Source: Candidatus Pacearchaeota archaeon
GTDB lineage: Archaea > Nanobdellota > Nanobdellia > Pacearchaeales > GW2011-AR1
Assembly: GCA_018304175.1 (NCBI GenBank)
Contig: JAGVWT010000014.1
Coordinates: 1 to 16,589 of the forward strand
Length of the DNA: 16,589 nucleotides
Direction of reading: 5' to 3'
Shown: positions 7,118 to 15,555 of the stretch, piece after piece
Layout of the letters: each line of letters opens with the position of its first letter
Numbering within the stretch: the stretch's first letter is position 1
Position numbers and translations under genes: made by a program
Notes under the pieces: generated by a model
What the model was told of the DNA's origin: nothing
The model's input: the letters and a program-made list of their open reading frames with translations, nothing else
The model's database searches: none

Positions 7118-7867
7118 TTATTCCAAAAGCAAAAGTGAGGCCATTATCAAAATTCCCAACAGGAACGCTAAAAGCTGAAGCAAAGATGATTTTATTCCTG
7201 TGTGTTTATTCAGTTCAGGGATTAAATCACTACCTGCTATATATATGAATCCACCGATAGCAAAAGGAACAATCATGAATGCTATGTTTTCTATGTAGCT
7301 TGTTAAAAATAACGCAAAGATTACTCCAAGCAAAGCCACTAATCCCGAAACAAAATTAAGAAATAATGCTTTACCTCTTGAAAATCCCCCATGAAGTAAA
7401 ACTCCAAAGTCGCCGATTTCTTGAGGTATTTCGTGTAAAATAACTGCAATGGTCGCCGCAATTCCTACTTGTACATTGATGAGATAAGCAGAAGCGATAA
7501 TCAGTCCGTCAAGAAAATTGTGTAAAGCATCGCCGATAATTATCATTAGCGAAAATGAATGCACTTTTTCATCGCTGAAATGCACATGATGGTGATGCCA
7601 ATGAATTACTTTTTCCAGAATAAAAAATAAAACTATTCCTCCAAGTATCATTACAGAAATATAAACACTAAATCCGTGTTCTTCAATTAATTCAGGAAGA
7701 AGATGCAAAAAAGCTCCAGCAAATAATGCTCCTGCTGCAAAGCTAACGAGGTAAATAAGCCAACCCTTAAGTTTCTTTTCATTTATAGAAATTGTTAGTG
7801 CGCCTACAAGCGAGATAAGACTAACTACAAAGACACTTACAAAAGCATAGATCCATATGTCCAACAT
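7118..7867 (-). CDS. ZIP-family (ZupT/SLC39) divalent metal transporter
   Basis: Multiple TM helices, FLHLLPE, His-rich loop HWHHHHVH, and signature motifs LHNFLDG and LHEIPQEIGDF. Confidence 0.93.
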   Translation of the reverse strand: MLDIWIYAFVSVFVVSLISLVGALTISINEKKLKGWLIYLVSFAAGALFAGAFLHLLPELIEEHGFSVYISVMILGGIVLFFILEKVIHWHHHHVHFSDEKVHSFSLMIIIGDALHNFLDGLIIASAYLINVQVGIAATIAVILHEIPQEIGDFGVLLHGGFSRGKALFLNFVSGLVALLGVIFALFLTSYIENIAFMIVPFAIGGFIYIAGSDLIPELNKHTGIKSSLLQLLAFLLGILIMASLLLLE

Positions 7868-7900
7868 TTTATAAAAGAAGAGTTAATTAATATATAAAAT

Positions 7901-7927
7901 ATGAAAATAGTTTATAAATATTTTCAT
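7901..7927. promoter_or_regulatory. Inverted repeat ATGAAAATA-N9-TATTTTCAT enclosing a TATA box (7911-7918)
   Basis: Perfect 9-bp arms between the divergent ZIP and methyltransferase genes. The TATA box is 20 nt from ATG 7939. Confidence 0.45.
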
Positions 7928-7938
7928 TTGAGTTTAAA

Positions 7939-8895
7939 ATGAATTTTGAATCAAAACCGCTTTTTGTCGAGAGAATGAAAAAACTTCTTGAGAATGAGGA
8001 AGATGCTAAAGAATATTTTGAAATTTTGTCGAAGCCAGAGTTGAAATCATTCAGGGTTAATACTTTGAAAACTACTCCTGAGAAACTTAAGGAAATGCTT
8101 GAAAAGAAAAACTGGAAAATAAAACAGCCGATAAAAAATCACCCTGAAATAATGGTTGTTGATTCAAAGTTGTTTCCTGGTGAATTGGGAAGAAGTTTAG
8201 AGCACATTTTAGGTTATTATTATGTTCAGGAAATTACTAGTATGCTTCCTATTTTGGCTTTAAACCCAAAACCCGAAGAGAATATTCTTGACCTTGCTGC
8301 TTCTCCTGGTTCAAAGACAACTCAAATAGCTGCGTTAATGAAGAATGCAGGCACGTTAATTGCCAACGATGTTAAACTACAAAGGATAAAAATTCTTGCT
8401 TCTAACTTAGAAAGATGTGGTGTGACGAATGAAGTAATCACGAAAAGTGATGGTGCGGCTTTATGCAGAAAATTAAAGATGAAGAATTTCCTTTTTGATA
8501 AAATACTTGTTGACGCCCCGTGTTCTGGAGAAGGAACTTTTAGAAGTATGCCAAAAACTTTTCCTGCGTGGAACATAAAAAAAATTTATAGTCTTTCCAG
8601 AATACAGAAGAATTTGTTGGAAAATGCTATAGAAGTCTTAAAACCTAATGGAGAAATTGTTTATTCAACGTGCACTCACGCACCTGAAGAAAATGAAGAA
8701 ATAATAAATTATGTCTTGGAGAAATTCAAAAATATAAGAGTTGAGAAAATAACTTTACCTGTGAAATGCAGAAGCGGAATAACTAAATGGAATGATGAAA
8801 TTTTTAGTGATGAACTAAAAAATACGTGCAGAATTTATCCACAAGATAATAATACAGAAGGATTTTTTATCGCCAAACTCAAAAAAATAAAATGA
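7939..8895 (+). CDS. RsmB/Nop2/RsmF-family RNA m5C methyltransferase, catalytic domain
   Basis: Motifs FRVNTLK, GYYYVQEITSM, LDLAASPGSKTT, ILVDAPCSGEG (motif IV Cys), YSTCT (motif VI Cys) and EGFFIAKL. Confidence 0.93.
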   Translation: MNFESKPLFVERMKKLLENEEDAKEYFEILSKPELKSFRVNTLKTTPEKLKEMLEKKNWKIKQPIKNHPEIMVVDSKLFPGELGRSLEHILGYYYVQEITSMLPILALNPKPEENILDLAASPGSKTTQIAALMKNAGTLIANDVKLQRIKILASNLERCGVTNEVITKSDGAALCRKLKMKNFLFDKILVDAPCSGEGTFRSMPKTFPAWNIKKIYSLSRIQKNLLENAIEVLKPNGEIVYSTCTHAPEENEEIINYVLEKFKNIRVEKITLPVKCRSGITKWNDEIFSDELKNTCRIYPQDNNTEGFFIAKLKKIK

Positions 8896-9311
8896 AAATA
8901 ATAATCAATTCAGGATATTTTGATCCATTACACGTCGGACATTTAGAATGCATGAAGCTTTCAAGAGAATTGGGAGACAAATTAATTGTTATTGTCAACA
9001 ATGATTATCAATGCGCAATGAAGAAAAATGAGATTTTCATGCCTGCAAATGAGAGGTTAGAAATTGTAAGGTCAATAAGATATGTTGATGATGCTCTTCT
9101 TGCTATAGATAGAGATAAAAGTGTTTGTGCTTCGCTAACAAAAATAGCAAGAGATTATAAAGGAAATGAATTAATATTTGCGAAAGGCGGTGATCGCTTC
9201 AGTGGTGATATTCCAGAAAGAAGAATATGTGAAAATCATGGAATAAAAATCGTTGACGGCTTAGGAGAAAAAATTCAAAGTTCTTCTTGGCTAATAAGAA
9301 AATCTAAGTAA
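8892..9311 (+). CDS. HxGH-type cytidylyl/nucleotidyltransferase (TagD/RfaE/RibL-like)
   Basis: Motifs SGYFDPLHVGH, LIVIVNND, ER...RYVD, KGGDR and KIQSSS. ATGA overlap with the upstream stop. Confidence 0.85.
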   Translation: MKIIINSGYFDPLHVGHLECMKLSRELGDKLIVIVNNDYQCAMKKNEIFMPANERLEIVRSIRYVDDALLAIDRDKSVCASLTKIARDYKGNELIFAKGGDRFSGDIPERRICENHGIKIVDGLGEKIQSSSWLIRKSK

Positions 9312-9312
9312 A

Positions 9313-9801
9313 ATGGACAATCAGAAATTCATACCACTGAAAATAATGAATGAAAGAGAAAGAAAAGAAATTCTTGATAAACTTAATGAGCAATTTGGGA
9401 TAAATGAGATACCTGGGAAAATTGTTGCTAGGGGAAAAGATAGATTGTTTTTGTCGTCTGTTGGTTTAAGCGACACTGAACTAAAAAATATTGAAGATTC
9501 AATCGTTATTGAAAGAGTTGGAGTTTATTTTGCGAAAGTTGATGATTTAACTGGAAAAATAAGACTGAGCATTGAAGGCTCGCAAATTTTCAAGAACCAG
9601 ATTAAGAAGAATATCTTTGAAATCCAAAACAATGAGGATTTTGAAAAATGGATGAAGGGGCAGGAATTAAATATAAGCACAGGCAAGAAAGATTTTTTGA
9701 TAATGAAATACAAGGACAATTTTGTAGGGACTGGAAAAGCATCTGCGGAAAAAATCAGCAATTTCATTCCGAAAAACAGAAGATTGAAGGAGAGGGGATA
9801 A
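9313..9801 (+). CDS. Protein resembling the RsmF/YebU C-terminal PUA-like RNA-binding region
   Basis: The C-terminal segment EKWMKGQEL...LIMKYKDNFVGTGK...ISNFIPKNRR follows the pattern of the RsmF C-terminal domain. It is adjacent to a catalytic-domain-only m5C methyltransferase. Confidence 0.65.
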   Translation: MDNQKFIPLKIMNERERKEILDKLNEQFGINEIPGKIVARGKDRLFLSSVGLSDTELKNIEDSIVIERVGVYFAKVDDLTGKIRLSIEGSQIFKNQIKKNIFEIQNNEDFEKWMKGQELNISTGKKDFLIMKYKDNFVGTGKASAEKISNFIPKNRRLKERG

Positions 9802-9934
9802 TGGCTAAGCTTTGCGAAGAGAATTTTGTTTTAGTAGAACAAATACACTTAAAAAATCACATTTTCTAATTAATTCATGAATCAGACAGACAAACTAAAA
9901 TCAAAGATTTTGTATAATCTATTTTATAAATAAA

Positions 9935-10813
9935 ATGTCTAAAGAAAAAATTTTCAGAGCAGGAAAAATTGCTGCTGAAGCGAAAGAATACGCGAGAAAA
10001 ATAATAAAGAAAGGTATGTTTTTATTGGAAATCGCAGATAAGGTTGAAGGAAAAATTATAGAGCTTGGAGGCAAGCCGGGTTTTCCCCTGAATTTAAGCG
10101 TGAATGATGAAGCGGCACATTACACTCCTAGTTACAATGATACAAAAATTGCAGAAGGTTTACTAAAAGTTGATTTGGGTGTTCATGTCGACGGATTTAT
10201 TGCAGACACTGCGTTTTCTTTGGATTTAGAAAATAGTGAAGTGAATAAAAAATTGATTGAAGCAGCGAAAGCAGCTTTGGAAAACGCGATAAAAACTGCG
10301 AAAATCAATACGGAAGTTGGAAAAATTGGCAAGGCAATTCAGGAAACAATTAAGTCTAGAGGATTTTCACCGATTGTTAATTTAGGAGGACATGGAATCA
10401 CTCGCTACGAAGTTCATTCAGGAATTATGATCCCAAACATTGATAACAAAAGCAAAAACAAACTTGAAGAAGGACAGTATGCGATAGAACCTTTTGCAAC
10501 AAATGGCAACGGAAAAATCCACGACGGAAAACCTTCTGGAATTTATGAATTGAGGAGCGAGAAAAATATCAGAAGTTCTGTGGCAAGAGAAGTTCTTGAG
10601 TTTATAATAAATGAATACAAGACGCTTCCTTTTTGTTCTAGATGGCTCGTAAGGAAAATTGGTACGAAAGCATTAATTGGATTGAAACAGCTTGAAGAAA
10701 ATGGAAACTTGTATCACCATCCTGTTTTAGTTGAAACATCAAAAGGAATTGTCGCGCAGGCAGAACATACAATATTAATTGAAAAAGATAAAACAACTGT
10801 GACGACTGAGTGA
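9935..10813 (+). CDS. map: Methionine aminopeptidase, type II
   Basis: Motifs AAHYTP, KVDLGVHVDGFIAD, GGHGI, AIEPF, the type II helical insert (TLPFCSRWL) and AQAEHT. Confidence 0.96.
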   Translation: MSKEKIFRAGKIAAEAKEYARKIIKKGMFLLEIADKVEGKIIELGGKPGFPLNLSVNDEAAHYTPSYNDTKIAEGLLKVDLGVHVDGFIADTAFSLDLENSEVNKKLIEAAKAALENAIKTAKINTEVGKIGKAIQETIKSRGFSPIVNLGGHGITRYEVHSGIMIPNIDNKSKNKLEEGQYAIEPFATNGNGKIHDGKPSGIYELRSEKNIRSSVAREVLEFIINEYKTLPFCSRWLVRKIGTKALIGLKQLEENGNLYHHPVLVETSKGIVAQAEHTILIEKDKTTVTTE

Positions 10814-10823
10814 ATGAATGAGA

Positions 10824-11264
10824 TTAATTTTTTAGTTTATGTTGATACCATTCAGCATAACGCCTTTTACCTCCATCATATCCCCCCTTATAGAGTTCGC
10901 GTAGTTTAATTGAAGGTACATTAAAGACTTCTTGAATGTGGCTCTCTATTTCAGTAATGGTTTGCCTTACATGATTCTCATATTCTTCAAATCTTTTTCC
11001 TAATTCATCAGCCGGTATTCTTTCTTGTCTACAATAAATAGTACCAAAGTTAACCATCTCTTGAATGTTATCTAAAAGAGCAAGAACGTTATTATGTGGC
11101 CATTTATCTATATTATACTTTCTTTCATAATCATTATACCATTTGTCTTTGAAAGCTTCTTCACCTAATAAATTTTTTAAGACATCAAAAGGATATAAGA
11201 CAGGCTCAACGTCATACATTAAATCACCCACTCTCTGAAAAAATTTCTCTAATTTTTTTGTCAT
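10824..11264 (-). CDS. Hypothetical protein, 146 aa
   Basis: ORF with normal composition, last in a tightly packed minus-strand cluster; no family recognised. Confidence 0.7.
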   Translation of the reverse strand: MTKKLEKFFQRVGDLMYDVEPVLYPFDVLKNLLGEEAFKDKWYNDYERKYNIDKWPHNNVLALLDNIQEMVNFGTIYCRQERIPADELGKRFEEYENHVRQTITEIESHIQEVFNVPSIKLRELYKGGYDGGKRRYAEWYQHKLKN

Positions 11265-11271
11265 TTTATTT

Positions 11272-11433
11272 TTAATAATTTCTTTCTTGATTAATTCTTT
11301 CTTCTATAACTCTATTAAGTCTTTCTGAAACATCTTCTATAACATCCCTTAAATCAGCATATCCTCTTTGACGATTTCTTTTTCCTACAATTTCTCTTCC
11401 TGCTTTTTCATAGTCAATTATGTTGTCTGTCAT
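11272..11433 (-). CDS. Small hypothetical protein, 53 aa, not in the ORF track
   Basis: MTDNIIDYEKAGREIVGKRNRQRGYADLRDVIEDVSERLNRVIEERINQERNY* fills the gap between its neighbours (2-nt and 7-nt spacers) and shares their AAAATGACA start context. Confidence 0.65.
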   Translation of the reverse strand: MTDNIIDYEKAGREIVGKRNRQRGYADLRDVIEDVSERLNRVIEERINQERNY

Positions 11434-11435
11434 TT

Positions 11436-11828
11436 TTAATTTGTATATTCAACAATTTTAAATCGCTTTTTTAAGAAATCATTAATTTCATCTTCTTTTT
11501 CTAGATTAGCTCTATAACCGTATGAGTTATAACTGCCTCCACATATTCCCACTCCATCTTGATTTATTAATTCGACATCCATAATCCATTCTGAATTTTC
11601 TGAATACCTGCTAAGTACTTCTTCTATATCAGATTTACCTAATGTTCCATATGGAGAACCCAGTGAACTAAGTTTTTCATCATTAGGCATACATTTTAAC
11701 ACTCTAACAACTTGGAAATATTTACATCTATCCGAGCTTTTGGTTAATTCTAATAATGTTCTTAAGACATTTTGTTCTTTAATTAATCTTATAAATCCCT
11801 TTTGTGTTTCTCCAATTGTTTCTGTCAT
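11436..11828 (-). CDS. Hypothetical protein, 130 aa
   Basis: ORF with an AGGAG upstream and a 1-nt gap to the previous gene. Confidence 0.7.
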   Translation of the reverse strand: MTETIGETQKGFIRLIKEQNVLRTLLELTKSSDRCKYFQVVRVLKCMPNDEKLSSLGSPYGTLGKSDIEEVLSRYSENSEWIMDVELINQDGVGICGGSYNSYGYRANLEKEDEINDFLKKRFKIVEYTN

Positions 11829-11829
11829 T

Positions 11830-12195
11830 TTATATTAATTCTCCTTCTGAATCTTGATAATCAATAAACAAAAAGGTTTGATATTTTGATGGTAATTTTC
11901 CCTGTTTTGCGTCACTAACAATTTTATTTATAACAAATTCAATATTTTTCTCATTTACAAATCCTTGAAAACCAAAATGAGTATCTGCTGGACTGTTGTA
12001 TGATATGTGGTTAAAAGTTCCTGCAAGATAGCTTTCCCTTAACATTTCCGAGTGTCGCCTTGCTAAGAATTCAGAATTTAGTTCTATAATTGGTGATTCA
12101 TTAAGAGGTATATTTTCTCCCCAAACCCTCTTTACTTCACCTATACTCCTAATTCTTTCTAATTCGTCTAAAAATTTATCTAAGGGTGTTTCCAT
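11830..12195 (-). CDS. Hypothetical protein, 121 aa
   Basis: ORF with a GGAG upstream and a TATA-like ATTTAAATA further upstream; first gene of the cluster. Confidence 0.7.
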   Translation of the reverse strand: METPLDKFLDELERIRSIGEVKRVWGENIPLNESPIIELNSEFLARRHSEMLRESYLAGTFNHISYNSPADTHFGFQGFVNEKNIEFVINKIVSDAKQGKLPSKYQTFLFIDYQDSEGELI

Positions 12196-12280
12196 ATCTT
12201 CTCCAAAATTTTAACATATTTAAATCTTACTGTTTTGTTGTTCTTTTAAAAAGGTGACAAATTGCTCACCGCAAAGTTGC

Positions 12281-12353
12281 TCGTAAGGGGAACCAAGTTT
12301 CCCCTTACACTAACCCCTTCTTAAAAAACGCTCTCTCTGAAGTCGCTCGTTAT
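12281..12353. repeat. Palindromic (REP/MITE-like) element, copy B, intergenic
   Basis: GTAAGGGGAAC-CAA-GTTTCCCCTTAC hairpin followed by TAACCCCT and TCGCTCGTTAT; homologous to 566-623. Confidence 0.8.
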
Positions 12354-12506
12354 TTTCTGCAACTGATAACATAAATTTTTTGTGTGTTATTTGTAGAAAA
12401 ATATTTTGGGTGAAGCGGATGTTTTTAGGTAGGTTGAATGGGAAAATTGTATTTTGGTTTTTTAGATTAACAATTATTCTAATAACTGGGTTCTACGAAG
12501 ACAATT

Positions 12507-14801
12507 TTATCCAAAATAACTTCCGCTTGTAGGCATTGCAGCTTTTGAGGACCTGAGGTAGTTTTCCTCTATTTTCTTGTAAACTTCAATCATTGGCTTG
12601 CTTACGCTCGGTTTGACTTTTTTCAGCGCGTCTTCAAAATGTTTTTTCTTCACGCTTTTTGCATTTATGTCTTCTCTCAGCGAAAGCATTGCAGCCTCTC
12701 TTGCAAGAGCTTCTATATCTGCTCCTGTATAACCCTGAGTTTTTTTCGCGATGTCTTCAAGGTTTACATCTTTTGCGAGTGGCATGTTTTTTGTGTGAAT
12801 TTTCAAAACTTGTAATCTTCCATCTTCTTCAGGAGCACCCACGAGCAAAATCCTGTCGAATCTTCCAGGACGTAAAAGCGCAGGGTCTAACATATCTGGT
12901 CTGTTAGTAGCTCCAATGATTAAAACATCTTTCAAATCTTCCAAACCATCCATCTCTGCGAGAATTTGATTCAGAACTCTTTCAGTGACCCTTGTTCCCG
13001 CTTCAATTCCTCTTTTGCCTGCGAGAGCATCAACTTCATCAAAAAATATTACGCAAGGTGCAACTTGGCGTGCACGCTCGAAAATTTTTCTTACTCCTTC
13101 TTCTGATTTCCCAACCCACATGCTTAACAATGAAGGTCCCTTTACTTGAATGAAGTTAGCTCCTGATTCTTTTGCGACTGCTTTTGCTAAAAGTGTTTTT
13201 CCAGTTCCTGGAGGACCGTAAAGCAAAATTCCCCTGCTTGGTCTTATGCCCATTCTCACAAATGTTTCTGGATATTTCATCGGCCATTCAACAGCTTCTC
13301 TGAGTTCGCCTTTGATTTCATCTAACCCTCCAACAGAATCCCAGTCAACATCAGGAGTTTCAACTAGAACCTCACGCATTGCACTAGGTCTTACTACTTT
13401 CAAAGCTTCCATAAAATCTTCTTGTTTCACGACAAGTTTTTCAAGTATATCACTGGGAATTTGTTCTTCTTCGTCGAGTTTCATTTTTGGCAAGAATTTT
13501 CTTAAAACATTAATTGCAGCTTCTTTCGCCAATGCTTCCAAATCTGCACCAACAAATCCATGAGTTACAGAAGCTAGTTTTTCAAGGTCGACTTCTCTTA
13601 AAGGCATCCCTCTTGTGTGGATTTTCAAAATTGAAAGTCTTCCTTCTTTGCCTGGAACGCTTATTTCAATTTCTCTGTCAAATCTCCCAGGTCTTCGTAA
13701 TGCAGGGTCTATAGAATTAATTCTATTTGTTGCTCCGATGACAATAACTTTACCACGAGATTTCATTCCATCCATCATTGTCAGTATTTGTGAAACAACT
13801 CTTCTTTCTACTTCCCCCATTGTTTCTTCTCTTTTAGGTGCGATTGCATCTATTTCGTCGATGAAAATAATTGCTGGAGATGTTTTCTCGGCTTCCTCGA
13901 ACAAGTCACGAATTTTTTTCTCGCTTTCTCCGTAGAATTTTGACATTATTTCTGGACCGTTTAGCAATATGAAGTTTGCATCTGATTCATTCGCGACAGC
14001 TTTTGCCAAGAGAGTTTTTCCTGTTCCAGGAGGACCGTGAAGCAAAACACCTTTTGGAGGTTCTATTCCCAACTTTTCAAAAATTTCCGGATGCTTCAAT
14101 GGAATTTCTACCATTTCGCGAATTTTTTTGATTTCTTCACTCAAACCACCTATATCTTCGTAGTTTATCTCAGGAAATTTTTCATCTGTGATTTCAATTG
14201 CTTTTGGATTCAGGACAACTTCTGTGTTTTCGGTAATGATTGTTGGTAGGTTTGGATTTGAAGTCGCGACAATGAATTTTATCTGCGTTAATCTACCCCC
14301 TAAATCTCCGAGTCCCATTCCTCCGAAAAAATCTCCGAATATGTCATGGAATTCTCCGCCGAAATCTTCTGAAATTAAATCTCTTCTTTTTTGAACTCCG
14401 CCAAGAACAACAATGTCACCTTTCAAAACCGCTCTTCCCAATAAACCGCGTTTCAATCCTTCAGAGTCACCTTGAATCATTACATTTTTCTGCATTGGAG
14501 CTATGATTATTTTTTTCGCCTCTTTTACTTCTGCTTTTGATACAGTTACAAAATCTCCAATTCCTGTTTTTGCGTTTCTCCTGATTATTCCATCGATTCT
14601 TAAAATTCCCTCGCCGACGTCGGTAGGATATGCTCTATCGACGATTGCAATTGTTTCCCTATTTCCTTTTATTAATATAACATCGCCTCGCTTAATGTCG
14701 AGAGTTCTCATTATCTCTGAGTCAATTCTTGCAATTCCTTTGTATGCGTCGTCAGGAATCGCTTCAACAACTTTTAGTCTTACTGGTTTTGCCGGTGCCA
14801 T
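12507..14801 (-). CDS. cdc48: Cdc48/VCP/VAT double-ring AAA+ ATPase
   Basis: N domain, two Walker A motifs (GPPGTGKT), Walker B motifs FIDEID and FFDEVD, and two SRH motifs (RPGRFDR). A GGAGG site lies upstream at 14816-14820. Confidence 0.97.
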   Translation of the reverse strand: MAPAKPVRLKVVEAIPDDAYKGIARIDSEIMRTLDIKRGDVILIKGNRETIAIVDRAYPTDVGEGILRIDGIIRRNAKTGIGDFVTVSKAEVKEAKKIIIAPMQKNVMIQGDSEGLKRGLLGRAVLKGDIVVLGGVQKRRDLISEDFGGEFHDIFGDFFGGMGLGDLGGRLTQIKFIVATSNPNLPTIITENTEVVLNPKAIEITDEKFPEINYEDIGGLSEEIKKIREMVEIPLKHPEIFEKLGIEPPKGVLLHGPPGTGKTLLAKAVANESDANFILLNGPEIMSKFYGESEKKIRDLFEEAEKTSPAIIFIDEIDAIAPKREETMGEVERRVVSQILTMMDGMKSRGKVIVIGATNRINSIDPALRRPGRFDREIEISVPGKEGRLSILKIHTRGMPLREVDLEKLASVTHGFVGADLEALAKEAAINVLRKFLPKMKLDEEEQIPSDILEKLVVKQEDFMEALKVVRPSAMREVLVETPDVDWDSVGGLDEIKGELREAVEWPMKYPETFVRMGIRPSRGILLYGPPGTGKTLLAKAVAKESGANFIQVKGPSLLSMWVGKSEEGVRKIFERARQVAPCVIFFDEVDALAGKRGIEAGTRVTERVLNQILAEMDGLEDLKDVLIIGATNRPDMLDPALLRPGRFDRILLVGAPEEDGRLQVLKIHTKNMPLAKDVNLEDIAKKTQGYTGADIEALAREAAMLSLREDINAKSVKKKHFEDALKKVKPSVSKPMIEVYKKIEENYLRSSKAAMPTSGSYFG

Positions 14802-14802
14802 T

Positions 14803-15057
14803 TTAATTTAAACTTCCTCCAATTTTTAATCTCCCACTATTTCTTTCATCAATTAATTGTCTGTATGATTGAAATCTTTCAGGTTGATAAATACTTTTGT
14901 GGAAATCGCACATATGTCCTAGTCCTTCAACATAATTTATTCTCGTCCTTAGCTCAGTTGGTGTATCTTTCCTAATGCCTGTGGACTCAAGGCAGATTAC
15001 ACACTTATAATCCAAGCTAGAGGTTTTTATTGAAAAATTTATTATTTCAGCTGCCAT
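14803..15057 (-). CDS. Small putative zinc-finger protein, 84 aa (CxxC...CxxH)
   Basis: CVIC...[21 protein letters not shown] sits 8 nt upstream. It overlaps the upstream gene by 11 nt and ends 1 nt before the cdc48 ATG. Confidence 0.65.
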   Translation of the reverse strand: MAAEIINFSIKTSSLDYKCVICLESTGIRKDTPTELRTRINYVEGLGHMCDFHKSIYQPERFQSYRQLIDERNSGRLKIGGSLN

Positions 15058-15439
15058 TTTTTTTCTCCTTTACCTTTGCGATTTCATTTAGATTTTCGCC
15101 GAAATTTATTGACAATCTTCCCATTTCTTCAAAACAAAGTTTTACCATATCATCCATTATTCTTCTTTGCGCGTTCATGAATGAAACTATTTCCTTTGGT
15201 ATTGAAACTGCGTAGCTGTTTCCGACAAGTCTCATTTTTACGCTGAACTCCTTGTTCCTTAAATTTATAAATTTATTGTAATTCTGCTCGTCAACTGGAT
15301 GAATGATTTTTTCATTGCAACTTTTTTTCGGACAAATCATTGTCCTCATTATGAATCCATTTCTGATTACATTTGCTCTTTCCATTTCTGAATTGCATTT
15401 TTTGCATAAAATCTTGTTGTCAAAAATATCATTTACCAT
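15047..15439 (-). CDS. Zn-ribbon plus AbrB/MazE/SpoVT-type DNA-binding protein, putative transcription regulator
   Basis: N-terminal CKKC...CPKKSC; C-terminal KMRLVGNSYAVSIPKEI, a typical swapped-hairpin AbrB signature. Confidence 0.8.
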   Translation of the reverse strand: MVNDIFDNKILCKKCNSEMERANVIRNGFIMRTMICPKKSCNEKIIHPVDEQNYNKFINLRNKEFSVKMRLVGNSYAVSIPKEIVSFMNAQRRIMDDMVKLCFEEMGRLSINFGENLNEIAKVKEKKNGS

Positions 15440-15451
15440 TTTGAATTTCTT

Positions 15452-15493
15452 GTATATACCTACCTGTATACACTAGAAAGTATACTTTTTAAA
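15452..15493 (-). promoter_or_regulatory. Promoter (TATA-like TTTAAAAA at 15493-15486) with three phased palindromes; putative operator
   Basis: GTATATAC (15452-15459), TGTATACA (15465-15472) and AAAGTATACTTT (15477-15488). GTATA begins at 15452, 15466 and 15480. Confidence 0.6.
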
Positions 15494-15555
15494 TATTTCT
15501 GTGGTAAAAGTGTAATAACCAATCATCTTAAAAACATCTTGTGCTTTTTTTGTTA

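Noticed and set aside
7068-7120. Short AT-rich hairpins (TTTACT/AGTAAA; TAAAGT/ACTTTA) between convergent genes
   Set aside because: 6-bp AT-rich stems are expected by chance; not enough to call a terminator.
1790-9869. Stop-codon reassignment as an explanation for the interrupted ORFs
   Set aside because: TAA, TAG and TGA all terminate well-conserved or cleanly bounded genes here, and two of the three breaks need frame changes rather than readthrough.
10814-12506. Integron cassette array or provirus as the origin of the ORFan block
   Set aside because: Spacers of 1-7 nt leave no room for attC sites, and no integrase, att duplication or virion gene is recognisable.
13075-14045. Internal DNA similarity between the two halves of cdc48 (for example TTTTCC(A/T)GTTCC(T/A)GGAGGACC at ~13195 and ~14017)
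   Set aside because: The expected D1/D2 AAA domain duplication, not a DNA repeat element.
12659-14811. Several 66-106 aa plus-strand ORFs antisense to cdc48
   Set aside because: Shadow ORFs of a conserved gene, with no recognisable motifs or promoters.
14945-14990. tRNA-like TAGCTCAGTTGGT (14950-14962)
   Set aside because: The D-stem does not close (no GAGC), there is no T-arm GTTCRA or acceptor stem, and it lies inside a coding ORF on the other strand.
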